64,000 nucleotides of DNA from Phycisphaeraceae bacterium. GTDB taxonomy: Bacteria > Planctomycetota > Phycisphaerae > Phycisphaerales > UBA1924. Of this stretch, positions 9,635-19,597 are shown one piece after another; position 1 is the first letter of the stretch; each line of letters begins with the position of its first letter. The position numbers were made by a program, and so were the translations under genes. The notes beneath the pieces are model-generated. The model ran no database searches, was not told the origin of the DNA, and saw nothing but the letters and a program-made list of their open reading frames with translations. The stretch lies in NCBI GenBank assembly GCA_020639235.1, contig JACKHC010000002.1:116841-180840 (forward strand), in the 5' to 3' direction.

Positions 9635-11110
9635 TCAAGGGCAGGAGACCTGCCACGCGGCGAGGATGACATTGAGGTCATCGACATTGATCACTCCGTC
9701 GTTGTTGGCGACGTCGAGTCGGTCCCCCACTCCCACATTCACCTGCCAGTTGGAGAGGATGGCGTTGAGGTCGTCGACATCGACGGTTCCGTTCTCGACG
9801 ACATCGGCGAGGAAGGTATCGACGACGGTGACGGTCGCGAGGGGGTCGCCGATGGGGACGTTGGTGATGGAGAGCGCGGGGGTCGCGATCCATGCGGCTT
9901 CGGCGAAGGTGCGCCCGTTGAGGTACAGCGCGCGTGCGAGGTACTCGGCGTCGGCGACGAAGACCGTGAAGGGTTCGGCGACGTGGCCGACGGTGAAGGA
10001 GCCGCCCCGCGCGATGAAATCGGTGACCTGTTCGTGATCCGAGCCGGATTGCCCGGCGATGTCGTGCGCGTTGAACGACTCGTAGGAGACGAAGATCGCG
10101 GCGGGGTCGAAGGTGTAGGTGTCGAGGTATTCGCCGTCGCCGGGAGCGTTCTCGGCGCCGGGCGCGATGTCGTGGTTCTCGCCGTATGACCCGAGGACGA
10201 GGATGGGTCGGTTGTCCGGGAGTTCGGGGCCGGTGATGAAGTTTGTGGTCTCATCGTGTGTGACGGCGTAGCCCTGGTTGGTGAGGAACTGCGTGGCCTT
10301 CTCGAAGTCGTCGCGGAGGGGGAATCTTGGCGGGAGATCGTCGTCGTCGAGTTGATTGGCGCTTGGCTGGTACTCGTCAAAGAGACACTGGACCATGCAC
10401 TTGGAGACGACGAGGTGTTGGGATCGGTTGAGGAGCGCCTGGATGTTCTGCAGCGCTGTTGTTGTGCCGTAGGGCTGGGCATCGAGGCGGCAGGTGAGAT
10501 AGAAGTCGCCGGTGGTGAGGTTGGTGATGTACCAGTGTTCGCCGCCGGTGGGGCCGACGATGGTGAAGTTCTTGGGCTGCTTGATGTTGGCGCGGGTGAA
10601 GTTGGTCACCGGGACGGTGTTGTTGAGGTGGTAGGGATTGTCGATGACGCCGTTGTATCGGAATGGGAGCGCGGTGTTGCCGGCGACTTCGAGGTCTTGC
10701 TGGATGAGTGTGAGTTCGGACTCGACGCTTGAGAATGATGTTGCGAGGGAGAACTCGGCGCCGCCGTTGATGCGGGTAGGGAGGCCTCGCGTGGTGAGGA
10801 AGACGACGACATCGGAGGAGATGTCCTGGAAGGGCGCCGAGACGCCGTTGATGAAGTTGAGGAGCGGGAGCCGGATCTTGGAGTTGTATTCGAAGCGTGT
10901 GCAGAACTGCGTGGGGATGGTGGCGTCGTTGAAATCGAACTGGCGGACGCCGGGGTAGAGCGCGACATACATGTTGCGGACCGCGAGGGAGTCGGCGTTC
11001 TGGGAGTTGTAGAGGAGGAGGACCTGGTCCTCGGTGATGGCACGGGCTGCCGGCGTGAATGCGCCGATGAGCATCGCGCAGGCGAGCGCGGCGAGGTATC
11101 GGGTGTTCAT
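9635..11110 (-). CDS. secreted protein with C-terminal dockerin-like tandem module
   Basis: Signal peptide 'MNTRYLAALACAMLIGAFTPAARA' (ATG 11110 preceded by GGAGAG). From memory, the N-terminal region resembles the TIGR03790-type conserved hypothetical family (unverified). The C-terminus reads 'NGTVDVDDLNAILSNW...NNDGVINVDDLNVILAAWQVSCP'. Confidence 0.65.
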   Translation of the reverse strand: MNTRYLAALACAMLIGAFTPAARAITEDQVLLLYNSQNADSLAVRNMYVALYPGVRQFDFNDATIPTQFCTRFEYNSKIRLPLLNFINGVSAPFQDISSDVVVFLTTRGLPTRINGGAEFSLATSFSSVESELTLIQQDLEVAGNTALPFRYNGVIDNPYHLNNTVPVTNFTRANIKQPKNFTIVGPTGGEHWYITNLTTGDFYLTCRLDAQPYGTTTALQNIQALLNRSQHLVVSKCMVQCLFDEYQPSANQLDDDDLPPRFPLRDDFEKATQFLTNQGYAVTHDETTNFITGPELPDNRPILVLGSYGENHDIAPGAENAPGDGEYLDTYTFDPAAIFVSYESFNAHDIAGQSGSDHEQVTDFIARGGSFTVGHVAEPFTVFVADAEYLARALYLNGRTFAEAAWIATPALSITNVPIGDPLATVTVVDTFLADVVENGTVDVDDLNAILSNWQVNVGVGDRLDVANNDGVINVDDLNVILAAWQVSCP

Positions 11111-11281
11111 GTGCATCTCTCCAACCAACTCTCCACCCCCTCACTATCTCCCCACATCGGACGACCTGACAATATCGGAATCGGCTCAGCGTTCGGGGAT
11201 GATTCGCGTCGCGTAGATGGAAGCGGGTGAAAAAGTGCGAGTCAACCCGAACAGCCCCCCCACCTCCCCCCACACTTTCAT

Positions 11282-11590
11282 ATGATTGACGCCTTGACGA
11301 CGATCCGCGTGAACGATGATGAAACAGGGTGTGCGCTGATCGCCGTGAAGGCGGTGCCAGGCGCGTCGCGCGACGAGATATCGGGCGCGCTGGGTGACCG
11401 GCTGAAGGTGCGGGTGTCTGCTGCGGCCGAGGGCGGGAAGGCGAACAAGGCGATCTGCGCGTTGATCGCCGGTGCTCTGGGCGCGAGCAAGAAGGACGTG
11501 AGCGTGGTGGCAGGCCTCACGAGCGCCGAGAAGACGGTGCGCGTTGCGGGGATGGGCGCGGCGGAGGTGCGGGGGCGGTTAGGAGTGTGA
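11282..11590 (+). CDS. DUF167 (YggU) family protein
   Basis: 102 aa; 'VKAVPGASRDEI...LKVRVSAAAEGGKANKAICALIA' is typical of YggU/DUF167. Confidence 0.75.
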   Translation: MIDALTTIRVNDDETGCALIAVKAVPGASRDEISGALGDRLKVRVSAAAEGGKANKAICALIAGALGASKKDVSVVAGLTSAEKTVRVAGMGAAEVRGRLGV

Positions 11591-11661
11591 TCGCGTCTCG
11601 TTGAATGTCGCGCAGGGACAAGCCGCTCGTGTGCGCCTTTCATCCGATCAAGACGGCTCAA

Positions 11662-13725
11662 TCACGCGGGTGATGGGAGCATGCCGGGATCGATGCCCTT
11701 GTCGTAATCGGTGCGCGGCTTGGATTGGCGCGGCGGATTCTGCTTGCGTGCTTCGGCCTCGATGAGGTCGGAGACGGTGGGTCGATCGAGTGACTCACCC
11801 CGCATGAGGAGGCGGACCTCTTCGACGCTGAGCGTCTCGTGTTTGAGGAGCGCTTCGGCGACGGCGACGACCTTGTCCCAGTTGTCTTCGATGAGTCGCT
11901 CGGCGTCGGCGTATGCGTCGGTGGCGAGTTTGCGGATTTCCTCGTCGATGATCCTGGCGGTCTCGTCGGAGTAGTCCTTCTCGGGGAGGAACGAGTCGCG
12001 GGTGTCGTTGCCGGCGTAGCGGACGAAGCCGAGCTTCTCGCTCATGCCCCATTCGAGGACCATCGCCCGGGCGAGTTGCGTGGCTTGCGAGATGTCCTGC
12101 GCGGCGCCGCTGGAGACGTCGCCCATGGCGATTTCTTCGGCGATTCGGCCGCCGCAGACGACGCGCATGGTGGCCTTGATCCACTTGAGGCTGTAGCCCA
12201 TGCGGTCTTTTTCGGGCATGCTGAACGTGGCGCCGCCGAACTGACCGCGGGGAATGATCGTGACCTTGTGGAGTGGGTCTGCATCGCTGAGCATGGCCTG
12301 GAGGATGGCGTGGCCGGCCTCGTGGTAGGCGGTGAGCTTGTTCTCTTCGACCTCGCGGACGCGGCTCTTCTTGGCGCGGCCGAAACGGATCTTGTCGCGG
12401 GCTTCTTCGAGGTCTTCCTGTTCGACGAAGTCCTTGCCGGCGAGGGTGGCGCTGATGGCGGCCTCGTTGATGATGGCGGCGAGGTCGGCACCACTGAACA
12501 TGGGCGTGACGCGTGCGAGGCGCTCGAGGTCGACGTTGGGGCCGAGTTTGACCTTGTTGGCGTGGACCTTGAGGATCTCGAGGCGGCCGACGACGTCGGG
12601 GAGGGGGACGACGATCTGGCGATCGAATCGGCCCGGACGAATGAGCGCGGGGTCGAGGACGTCGGCGCGGTTGGTGGCGGCGATGACGATGACGCCGTCG
12701 CCTGAGGCGAAGCCGTCCATCTCGACGAGGATGGCGTTGAGTGTCTGCTCGCGTTCGTCGTGGCCGCCGGTGGTGAAGCCGCCGCCGCGACGGCGACCTA
12801 CGGCGTCGATCTCGTCGAGGAAGATGATGCAGGGAGCGGCGTCCTTGGCCTGCTTGAAGAGGTCGCGGACGCGGCTTGCACCGACGCCGACGAACATCTC
12901 GACGAAGTCGGAGCCGGAGATGCTGAAGAAGGGGACGTCGGCTTCGCCGGCGATGGCCTTTGCGAGGAGTGTTTTGCCGCAGCCGGGCTCACCGACGAGG
13001 AGGACGCCTCTTGGGATGCGGCCTCCGATCTTGGTGAAACGCTTGGGGTTCTTGAGGAACTGGACGATTTCCTGGACTTCTTCCTTGGCCTCATCGACGC
13101 CGGCGACATCGGCGAAGGTGACGCCGGTCTGTTCCTTGGCGAGGACGCGGTGGCGCGACTTTCCGAAGTTGCCGAGCATGCCCCCGGCGCCGCCCGCGCC
13201 GCGGAGGCCGCGGGCGATCATGATCCAGATGAAAACAAAGAACCCGAGGAGGAGGAGAAATCCGGGCGAGAGGAGTTCGTTCCAGACGCTTGGGCCTCGT
13301 TCCTTGTAGTTGCCCTTGGTGAGTTCGTTGAGTTGCTGCTTGGTGGTATCGAGGGCCTGCGGATTGATGACCACTCGGATGTGTACGGGCTGGGTGTCGT
13401 TGACTGCCTGTCGCGTTGCGTTGATGGCGGTGGGTGTGAGGACGATGTCCGTGAGGACGGGGTTGTTGGTCGTGCCCTCGTTGTAGGCGGCGGCGAACTC
13501 TGACCATTTCATCTCGGTGCGGGGCGGGCCGAGTGTCTGGAAGGCGATGAAGAGGAGCATGGCCACGGCGGCGATGAGGAGCCAACCGAACTGGCCGCGC
13601 GAGGCGCGGGGCGGTCCCGGCTGGCCGGGGGGCGGGGTCGGGCCGTTGGGCCCGCCGGGGCCCTTGCTGCCCTGATTGGGCTTGCGGTCGGGGCTGTTGG
13701 GTTTGTTGGGTTGTTGATCCGTCAT
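11662..13725 (-). CDS. ftsH: ATP-dependent zinc metalloprotease FtsH
   Basis: Walker A 'GEPGCGKT', AAA second region of homology, zinc motif 'HEAGHA', N-terminal TM segments. Confidence 0.95.
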   Translation of the reverse strand: MTDQQPNKPNSPDRKPNQGSKGPGGPNGPTPPPGQPGPPRASRGQFGWLLIAAVAMLLFIAFQTLGPPRTEMKWSEFAAAYNEGTTNNPVLTDIVLTPTAINATRQAVNDTQPVHIRVVINPQALDTTKQQLNELTKGNYKERGPSVWNELLSPGFLLLLGFFVFIWIMIARGLRGAGGAGGMLGNFGKSRHRVLAKEQTGVTFADVAGVDEAKEEVQEIVQFLKNPKRFTKIGGRIPRGVLLVGEPGCGKTLLAKAIAGEADVPFFSISGSDFVEMFVGVGASRVRDLFKQAKDAAPCIIFLDEIDAVGRRRGGGFTTGGHDEREQTLNAILVEMDGFASGDGVIVIAATNRADVLDPALIRPGRFDRQIVVPLPDVVGRLEILKVHANKVKLGPNVDLERLARVTPMFSGADLAAIINEAAISATLAGKDFVEQEDLEEARDKIRFGRAKKSRVREVEENKLTAYHEAGHAILQAMLSDADPLHKVTIIPRGQFGGATFSMPEKDRMGYSLKWIKATMRVVCGGRIAEEIAMGDVSSGAAQDISQATQLARAMVLEWGMSEKLGFVRYAGNDTRDSFLPEKDYSDETARIIDEEIRKLATDAYADAERLIEDNWDKVVAVAEALLKHETLSVEEVRLLMRGESLDRPTVSDLIEAEARKQNPPRQSKPRTDYDKGIDPGMLPSPA

Positions 13726-13819
13726 GAGGGGAGGTTTTCCTCTGGCTCCTGAGATGATTAGGTGATCGGACGATCACCCCTGTGGCTTGCGAACAATAGC
13801 CGCGTTAGGGGCGTCGGTC

Positions 13820-14353
13820 TTACCAGGAGGTGCGCAGCTCGGCGACGATTGCCCTGGCCATGTCGTCGATGGCCCCCCGGCGTCCGATTTCACGGCCCTC
13901 GGCGACCCCCCCGCCGGGGACGAAGGGGTCGGCGGTCCGGAAGTTGCGGCGGGCGACGAGGATCGTGGCATCGGCGCGGCGCTTGAACTCGAAGGCGACG
14001 GTGAGTTCGAGGGCGAGTTCCTGCGTGAGCCCGGAGGTGTCCTGTGTCGAGAGCTTGCGCATGGAAACATTGGTGATCGCGCCTGAGAGGACGGCCTGCG
14101 AGTTGTCGCTCGAGGTGACGCGCCAGGGCGTGGTGCGGTGGATCTCGGTGACGATGGCCTTGGTGAGTGCCTCTTCGATGTACGGCTCGAAGGTGTCATT
14201 GCGGAAGATCGGGACCGAGACCGTCTGGATGTCGGTGCGGTAAGGCGAGGTGAGCGCGTAGCCGGACTCGGCATCCGAAGCGCAACCCCATAGTCCGCAC
14301 ATTGAGGCGAGCGCGAACGCTGCGACGAGGACGATGTGAGCCGGGGAGCGCAT
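13820..14353 (-). CDS. LptE-like outer-membrane lipoprotein
   Basis: Lipobox-like 'LASMCGLWGC' followed by 'IQTVSVPIFRNDTFEPYIEEALTKAIVTEI', resembling the LptE family. ATG 14353 shares one base with the upstream stop (TGATG). The longer ORF start at 14536 was rejected. Confidence 0.5.
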   Translation of the reverse strand: MRSPAHIVLVAAFALASMCGLWGCASDAESGYALTSPYRTDIQTVSVPIFRNDTFEPYIEEALTKAIVTEIHRTTPWRVTSSDNSQAVLSGAITNVSMRKLSTQDTSGLTQELALELTVAFEFKRRADATILVARRNFRTADPFVPGGGVAEGREIGRRGAIDDMARAIVAELRTSW

Positions 14354-15393
14354 CACTCTGTCGGCTCCACGATAACTGTCGGCTGGTCGTCGGATTGTGG
14401 CGGCTCGGCTTGCGGGGCGGTTGCGGCCGACTCGATCCAGCCCTTCTCGTGCATGATGTCGCGGGCGCGGGAGGCGGCGACGGTGCTTGGGAACTCGCGG
14501 TTGAGCCGGCGCAGGACGAGGCGGGCGGAGGGCCACTCGTTGCGCGCGAGGTACCAGCGCGCGTTCTCGAGTTGTTTGGCGGCGAGCGACTCTTCGATGC
14601 GGAGCTCGACGCCGCCGGAGAGCCCGGCCTGCTCGGCCTGGATCGGCGCATCGCGGTTGAGTTCCTTGATCTGGATCTGGGCGTCGATGAGCCCGGAGGC
14701 GTCGTACTTGGGCCCCTTGAAGCGGGCGATGTCGGCGAAGATTCGGCGCTGGCGCGCCTTGAGGTAGTTGGGGCCCTTGGGGAAGTTCTCCATGTAGAGG
14801 TCGTAGGCCTCGGATGCGAGGGCGATATCGCCGGTGCGGTAGTAGAAATCGGCGAGTTCGATGGCCGCTCGCTCGGCGAGCGCGGAGCCGGGTGTGCGTT
14901 CCTGGACGCGGATGAGAAGTTCGACGGCGACATCGGTGGCGTCGAAGATGCGGACGCCCCAGGCGCGGCGCTTGAGGCCGTTGGCGTATCGGATGGCGAT
15001 ATCGAGTTCGCGTTCGACTGCTGTTAAGAACTCGTCACTTTCCGGGAAGGCGCGGATGACTTCTTCGTAGTCGTAGAGCGCGAGGTACTCGCGGTGGAGG
15101 GCGACGCGGGCGTCGCCTCGGAGGCGGAGGGCGGCGGGGCGCCAGATATTGCGGGACTTCGCGGGGTCGTCGAGCCACGCGGTCAGGAGCGTGCGCGCCT
15201 TGGAAGGGTTGTCTTCCGCGAGGGCGCGGCGTGCCTGGTCGATCACTTGTTGATCGGCGTCGCGCTCCTGCTGCTCGGCCTGCCATTGGCCTGACTCCGT
15301 GAGCGAAAAGGTTTCCGCTTGCGCCCGAGCGATCTGCATCGGGGCGATCAGGGCGAGGAGCGCGAGGAGTCGTCGTGCGAGCGTTCGCTTCAT
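14353..15393 (-). CDS. BamD/YfiO-like TPR outer-membrane assembly lipoprotein
   Basis: Signal peptide, then TPR-like helical repeats (e.g. 'AIELADFYYRTGDIALASEAYDLYMENFP') typical of BamD-like proteins. Confidence 0.5.
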   Translation of the reverse strand: MKRTLARRLLALLALIAPMQIARAQAETFSLTESGQWQAEQQERDADQQVIDQARRALAEDNPSKARTLLTAWLDDPAKSRNIWRPAALRLRGDARVALHREYLALYDYEEVIRAFPESDEFLTAVERELDIAIRYANGLKRRAWGVRIFDATDVAVELLIRVQERTPGSALAERAAIELADFYYRTGDIALASEAYDLYMENFPKGPNYLKARQRRIFADIARFKGPKYDASGLIDAQIQIKELNRDAPIQAEQAGLSGGVELRIEESLAAKQLENARWYLARNEWPSARLVLRRLNREFPSTVAASRARDIMHEKGWIESAATAPQAEPPQSDDQPTVIVEPTE

Positions 15394-15452
15394 GGGGCTA
15401 GCATACTCGCCCGCGGCGCGGTTTGGGTGCGTTTGGGGCTAACGGAGCGGTG

Positions 15453-16364
15453 ATGAGCGTGGTGGTCGTGTACAACCCGAAGTCGGGGCGCGGGCGCGGG
15501 CTGAGCGTTGCGGCTCTGCTGGTGGATCATCTCCGAGGGCGCGGGATGGGCGTCGTGTCGGCCTCGATCCGGGAGCAGTGGCGTGACCTCCTGAACGGGG
15601 CGCGTGCCGTGATCGCTGCGGGGGGTGACGGCACGGTGCACGCGGTTGCGAGCGCGGTGCTGGACACCGGAGTCCCCGTGTACCAATGCCCCATGGGGAC
15701 CGAGAATCTCTTCGCGCGGGAGTTCGGGATGTCGCGCGAGCCGGTGGAAATCGGCGATGCGATCGAGCGCGGGCGGACACGGCGGGTGGATGTGGGGATG
15801 TGCAACGGGCGGGCGTTCGTGATCATGTGCTCGGTGGGGTGCGACGCGAATGTGATTCACCGGCTGGATCGGGTGCGGAACGGCGCGATCTCGCACTCGA
15901 GTTACGCGATGCCGACTCTTCGGGAGGTGATGCGGCCGGCAATTCCGAAGTTGTGTGTGACGGTTGACGGGCGGGTCGTGGTGGACGGCGGGCGTGGGCA
16001 GTTGGTGGTGGCGAACTCGCGGCAGTACGCGATGCGGATCGACCCGGCGCGGGATGCGCGGGTGGATGACGGCGCGCTTGATGTGGTGTTTCTTCCGCAC
16101 GAGACCGTGGCGGGCGCGGTGGCGCACGGCGCGCGGGCGCGGATGCGATGGGCGGATGGGCGCGGCGTGGTGCGCGCACGGGGGGCTGCGATTCGAGTTG
16201 AGTCGGTGGGTGGGGAGACGGTGTATCAGTTCGATGGGGAAGCGAGCGGGCGTCCCGCGGGGTCGGTCGATGGGTCTTTGGCGGCGGGGCTTGCCGCGCA
16301 TGAGCGGCTCCCGATGGAAATATCGGTGCGCGCGGGGGCGCTGACGGTCTTGGAAGGGTTGTAG
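15453..16364 (+). CDS. diacylglycerol kinase-family lipid kinase (YegS/BmrU-like)
   Basis: 'VVYNPKSGRG' and 'IAAGGDGTVHAV' DAGK catalytic-domain motifs; ATG 15453 preceded by GGAG. Confidence 0.8.
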   Translation: MSVVVVYNPKSGRGRGLSVAALLVDHLRGRGMGVVSASIREQWRDLLNGARAVIAAGGDGTVHAVASAVLDTGVPVYQCPMGTENLFAREFGMSREPVEIGDAIERGRTRRVDVGMCNGRAFVIMCSVGCDANVIHRLDRVRNGAISHSSYAMPTLREVMRPAIPKLCVTVDGRVVVDGGRGQLVVANSRQYAMRIDPARDARVDDGALDVVFLPHETVAGAVAHGARARMRWADGRGVVRARGAAIRVESVGGETVYQFDGEASGRPAGSVDGSLAAGLAAHERLPMEISVRAGALTVLEGL

Positions 16365-16377
16365 GCGACTTCTCTTT

Positions 16378-16428
16378 ACCCCTCACCTGGTCACTATGTG
16401 ACCACCCTTTCCCGCAATGGCGATGGGT
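16378..16428. repeat. degenerate copy of the GC-rich palindromic element
   Basis: CCCTCACC + palindrome TGGTCAC-TAT-GTGACCA (16388-16404) + CCCTTTCCCGC..GGCGATGGG; same architecture as 6641-6703 and 43743-43797. Confidence 0.5.
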
Positions 16429-16449
16429 GCAGAGAAACGGGAAGATTCT

Positions 16450-17709
16450 TTACCGGCGAGGGTTTCGGCCTCGCGGCGAGGGCTTGCGGAGCGCTCGTGG
16501 TGCGTGGGCGGGAGCGTCCTGCGTCGGGTCGTCGGCGGTCGACTCGTGATCGGTGTGTTCGCGCGGCCCTTCGCCTTCGGCGGTCGCGGGGGCGTGCGCA
16601 CGTTCGTCCGGGGCTTCCGCGTCCGACGGCATCCGGGCGAAGATGAGACGGCCGTTTGATGTCTGGACGGCGCTGGTGACGGTGAGTTGCTGTGTTGTGT
16701 CGATGTGCGGCGCGCCGTTCTCGGCGACGACCATCGTGCCGTCGTCGAGGAAGCCGACGGCCTGATTGGGTTGTTCGCCGGGTCGGACGAGTTCGATGGT
16801 GATGGAGTCGCCGGGCACGAGCGTCGGGCGCATGGCGCGGGAGAGATCATTGATGTTGAGGACGCCCACGCCCTGGATGGCGGCGACTCGCGCCAGCCCG
16901 GTGTCGCCCGTGACGATGAGCGCGGGGAGAAGCCGGGCGAGTTCGACGAGCTTCTGATCCACTCCGGTGCCGGGGATCTGGGCGTCGTCGATGGAGACAT
17001 CGAGTCGGGGGGAGCGCTGGAAGCGGGCGACGATGTCGAGGCCTCGGCGGCCCCGTGCTCGTTTGGATTTGTCGCCCGCGTCGGCCATGGTCTGGAGTTC
17101 GTCGAGGACGCAGCGGTGGACGATGAGGGGGGCCTGGAGGAAGCCGGTCTCGGCGGCCTCGAGGACGCGGGCATCGATCAGGGCGGAGGAGTCGAGAACG
17201 AGGGGCTTGGTGCCTCGGAACTGCTTTGCGAACTCGACATAGGGGATGACGAGGCGAAAGTCTTCGGAGGTCTGGAGGACGGTGGTGACTCCGAGGTAGC
17301 AGAGCCCGATTCCCAGAAGGATCTTGATGGTCAGAAAGATCCGGTTGTATTCGTCGGTGAAGACGAAGGTCTCTTTGAAGAGATCGACGACGAATGAGAG
17401 GAGCGCGGTGGCGAGGATCCCCGCGAATACACCTAGAAGGATGGAGGAGATGGTCGCGAGTTTGCGCTTGGGCGTGAGTATGTCGATGGCGACGACGAGG
17501 GCGAAGAAGGCGAGCGTGCCGACGACGGCGGCCCACCAGTTGGCGACGACATCGAGGCCGAGGGACGACTCCGCGGAGAGTTTGACGATGCCCAGCGAGG
17601 TGATGACGACCATCAGGAGGAGCACGGTGGCGCGGAGCGCGATGAGGGCCCTGCGTCGGATTCGTTGGTCGTCGGGGATCGGGTTGCGCCTGTCGTCGTG
17701 GGGCGTCAT
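16450..17709 (-). CDS. membrane-anchored PIN/TRAM domain protein (YacL-like)
   Basis: N-terminal TM helices, a PIN-like 'LVLDSSALIDARV...VTGDTGLARVA' region, then a TRAM-like beta domain 'GDSITIELVRPGEQPNQAVGFLDDGTMVV'. Confidence 0.75.
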   Translation of the reverse strand: MTPHDDRRNPIPDDQRIRRRALIALRATVLLLMVVITSLGIVKLSAESSLGLDVVANWWAAVVGTLAFFALVVAIDILTPKRKLATISSILLGVFAGILATALLSFVVDLFKETFVFTDEYNRIFLTIKILLGIGLCYLGVTTVLQTSEDFRLVIPYVEFAKQFRGTKPLVLDSSALIDARVLEAAETGFLQAPLIVHRCVLDELQTMADAGDKSKRARGRRGLDIVARFQRSPRLDVSIDDAQIPGTGVDQKLVELARLLPALIVTGDTGLARVAAIQGVGVLNINDLSRAMRPTLVPGDSITIELVRPGEQPNQAVGFLDDGTMVVAENGAPHIDTTQQLTVTSAVQTSNGRLIFARMPSDAEAPDERAHAPATAEGEGPREHTDHESTADDPTQDAPAHAPRALRKPSPRGRNPRR

Positions 17710-17810
17710 GTGGATTGAGTGTAGCCCGGATGGTGGGCTGTGACGGTGGGCGAGTGTGCGGGTAGACTTGGTGTTTCCCGTTCCCCCCGTATCCGCTTGT
17801 CCGTCGCGTC

Positions 17811-17920
17811 GGTTGGCGACCGGGCCCGGTGCACGGGCGGCCCGTGAACCTGGTCAGGGCTTGACGGCAGCAGCCATAAGCGGCAGTCGTCCGGTGCCGC
17901 CGGTGTCCTGGTCGCCAACC
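17811..17920 (+). ncRNA. ffs: signal recognition particle RNA (small bacterial 4.5S type)
   Basis: An 11-bp terminal stem: GGTTGGCGACC (17811-17821) pairs with GGTCGCCAACC (17910-17920). The domain IV core CCUGGUCAGGGCUUGACGGCAGCAGCCAUAAG (17849-17880) aligns position-by-position with E. coli CCAGGUCAGGUCCGGAAGGAAGCAGCC. It lies immediately upstream of dnaX, as in many bacteria. Confidence 0.75.
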
Positions 17921-17948
17921 GGCGTGACTGGCGAGTATTGGGAGAGAG

Positions 17949-19109
17949 ATGTCGTACACGGTTCTGGCAAGGCGCTATCGATCGCAGGGGTTCGGCGAGG
18001 TTGTCGGGCAGGGGGCGATCGCGCGGACGCTCGAGCGGGCGATCGAGCAGGACCGGGTGGCGCACGCGTACCTGTTTGTGGGGACCCGGGGTGTTGGCAA
18101 GACATCGACGGCGCGGATTTTCGCCAAGGCGCTGAACGGTGGGTCGCCGGAGGTGGACAAGGCGATCATGTCCGGGCAGGACACGGATGTGATCGAGATC
18201 GACGCCGCGTCGAACTCGAAAGTGGATGAGACGCGGGAGCTGATCGCCAACGCGATCTACAAGCCGCTTCGGGGCAAGTACAAGATCTACATCATCGACG
18301 AGGTCCACATGCTGTCGACGGCGGCGTTCAACGCGCTGCTGAAGACGCTCGAGGAACCGCCCGAGCATGTGAAGTTCATTCTGTGCACGACGGAGACGCA
18401 CAAGGTTCCGGCGACGATTCAGTCGCGGTGCCAGCGTTTCGATTTCCGGAATCTCTCGGTCGCGGAGATTTCGGAGCATTTGGCGCAGGTGTGCAAGGGG
18501 GAGAAGGTCAAGGCGGATGAGGATGCGCTGCACGCCGTGGCGCGGCTGGCCAACGGGTCGATGCGGGATGCGCTGTCGCTGCTCGATCGGCTGATGGCGG
18601 CGCGGAGCGGGAAGGAAACGATCACGGTCTCGCTTCTGGAGGGGTTGCTTGGGTTGCCGGCGCGGGAGTCGATCGAGGGGATTGTGTCGGCGCTGGCGGA
18701 TTCGGATGCGAAGGGCGCGCTGGAGTTGTGCGACAGGTTGCTGGCGCAGGGCATCACGATGGAGCAGTTCCTAGAGTCGGCGATTCTGCGGCTGCGCGAT
18801 CTGATGCTGGTCTGTGTGTGCGGTGAGGCGACGGGGCTGGTGGACCTTTCGGGCGAGGCGCGGGAGCGGGTTGTCGAGCAGTCGCGCGGGTTCGATGAGA
18901 GCGGATTGGTGCACATGATCGCGTTGTGCGAGAGCGCGCAGCGGATGACCAAGACGAGCGCGACACCCCGCGCGATTCTTGACGCGGTGATGGTGCGGCT
19001 TGCGATGACGGAGAAGATCGCGGATGTGGCGCGATTGCTCGAGGGCGGCGCGGTGGCGGAAGCAAAGCCGCCCGGCTCGGCGAAACGAGCGACCTCAAAA
19101 AAAGCGTGA
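17949..19109 (+). CDS. dnaX: DNA polymerase III subunit gamma/tau, zero-frame (gamma-length) product
   Basis: 'LFVGTRGVGKTS' Walker A, 'IIDEVHMLS' Walker B, 'CTTETHKVPATIQSRC' sensor region. The frame ends ...TCA AAA AAA GCG TGA. Confidence 0.9.
   Translation: MSYTVLARRYRSQGFGEVVGQGAIARTLERAIEQDRVAHAYLFVGTRGVGKTSTARIFAKALNGGSPEVDKAIMSGQDTDVIEIDAASNSKVDETRELIANAIYKPLRGKYKIYIIDEVHMLSTAAFNALLKTLEEPPEHVKFILCTTETHKVPATIQSRCQRFDFRNLSVAEISEHLAQVCKGEKVKADEDALHAVARLANGSMRDALSLLDRLMAARSGKETITVSLLEGLLGLPARESIEGIVSALADSDAKGALELCDRLLAQGITMEQFLESAILRLRDLMLVCVCGEATGLVDLSGEARERVVEQSRGFDESGLVHMIALCESAQRMTKTSATPRAILDAVMVRLAMTEKIADVARLLEGGAVAEAKPPGSAKRATSKKA
19097..19103 (+). promoter_or_regulatory. candidate -1 ribosomal frameshift / transcriptional slippage site (A_AAA_AAA)
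   Basis: A7 run positioned as X_XXY_YYZ in the dnaX zero frame, two codons before the stop; the -1 frame stays open downstream. Confidence 0.5.
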
Positions 19110-19597
19110 CGGCGGAGCCGCCCCCCCCCACTCCCCGTGAGGCGCCGGCGGCCCCGCCGGGGACGACATCCACGATCGAGTCGAAATCGAATGCGAATGT
19201 AATCGCGCCCTCGGACGCTTCGTCGTTGGCGGAGATGTGGGCGCGCGTGATGGAGGCGATCGACGCGGTGCCGTCCGTATCGGTTGTTGCTGAGTCGATG
19301 CGACCGGTTGAGCGGAAGGGGTCGACGCTGCGACTGGCGAAGCCGACAACCGGCGTGCGGTTCTCGGAGGTGCAGCGCGAGAAGCTGGAGGAGGTTGTTG
19401 AGAGTGTTTTCGGCGCGCGGATGCGCGTCGAAGTGGTCGAGGAGTCGGGTCGGGCCGCGAGCGAGGAAGCACCGGTCGAGGCGAACGAGCGAGAGGTCGA
19501 CTCCGCTGCCCGCGAGGAGGCGATGCGTCACCCGGCGGTGAAGAAGGCGGCGGAGCTGCTGGGCGGGCGATTGATTCGGGTTGAGCGGGCGGAGTGA
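19106..19597 (+). CDS. dnaX: DnaX C-terminal (tau-type) segment, in the -1 frame relative to dnaX
   Basis: Pro-rich linker, then 'LAEMWARVMEAIDAVPSVSVVAESMRPVERKGSTLRLAKP...QREKLEEVVESVFGARMRVEV', resembling the C-terminal module of full-length DnaX. Frame phase 19106 mod 3 = 2 versus 17949 mod 3 = 0. Confidence 0.6.
   Translation: MTAEPPPPTPREAPAAPPGTTSTIESKSNANVIAPSDASSLAEMWARVMEAIDAVPSVSVVAESMRPVERKGSTLRLAKPTTGVRFSEVQREKLEEVVESVFGARMRVEVVEESGRAASEEAPVEANEREVDSAAREEAMRHPAVKKAAELLGGRLIRVERAE

Noticed and set aside
13778-13793. Palindrome GTGATCG-GA-CGATCAC downstream of the LptE-like gene as a terminator
   Set aside because: The 2-nt loop is sterically implausible and there is no U-tract. 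It may be a protein-binding site, but there is no supporting context.
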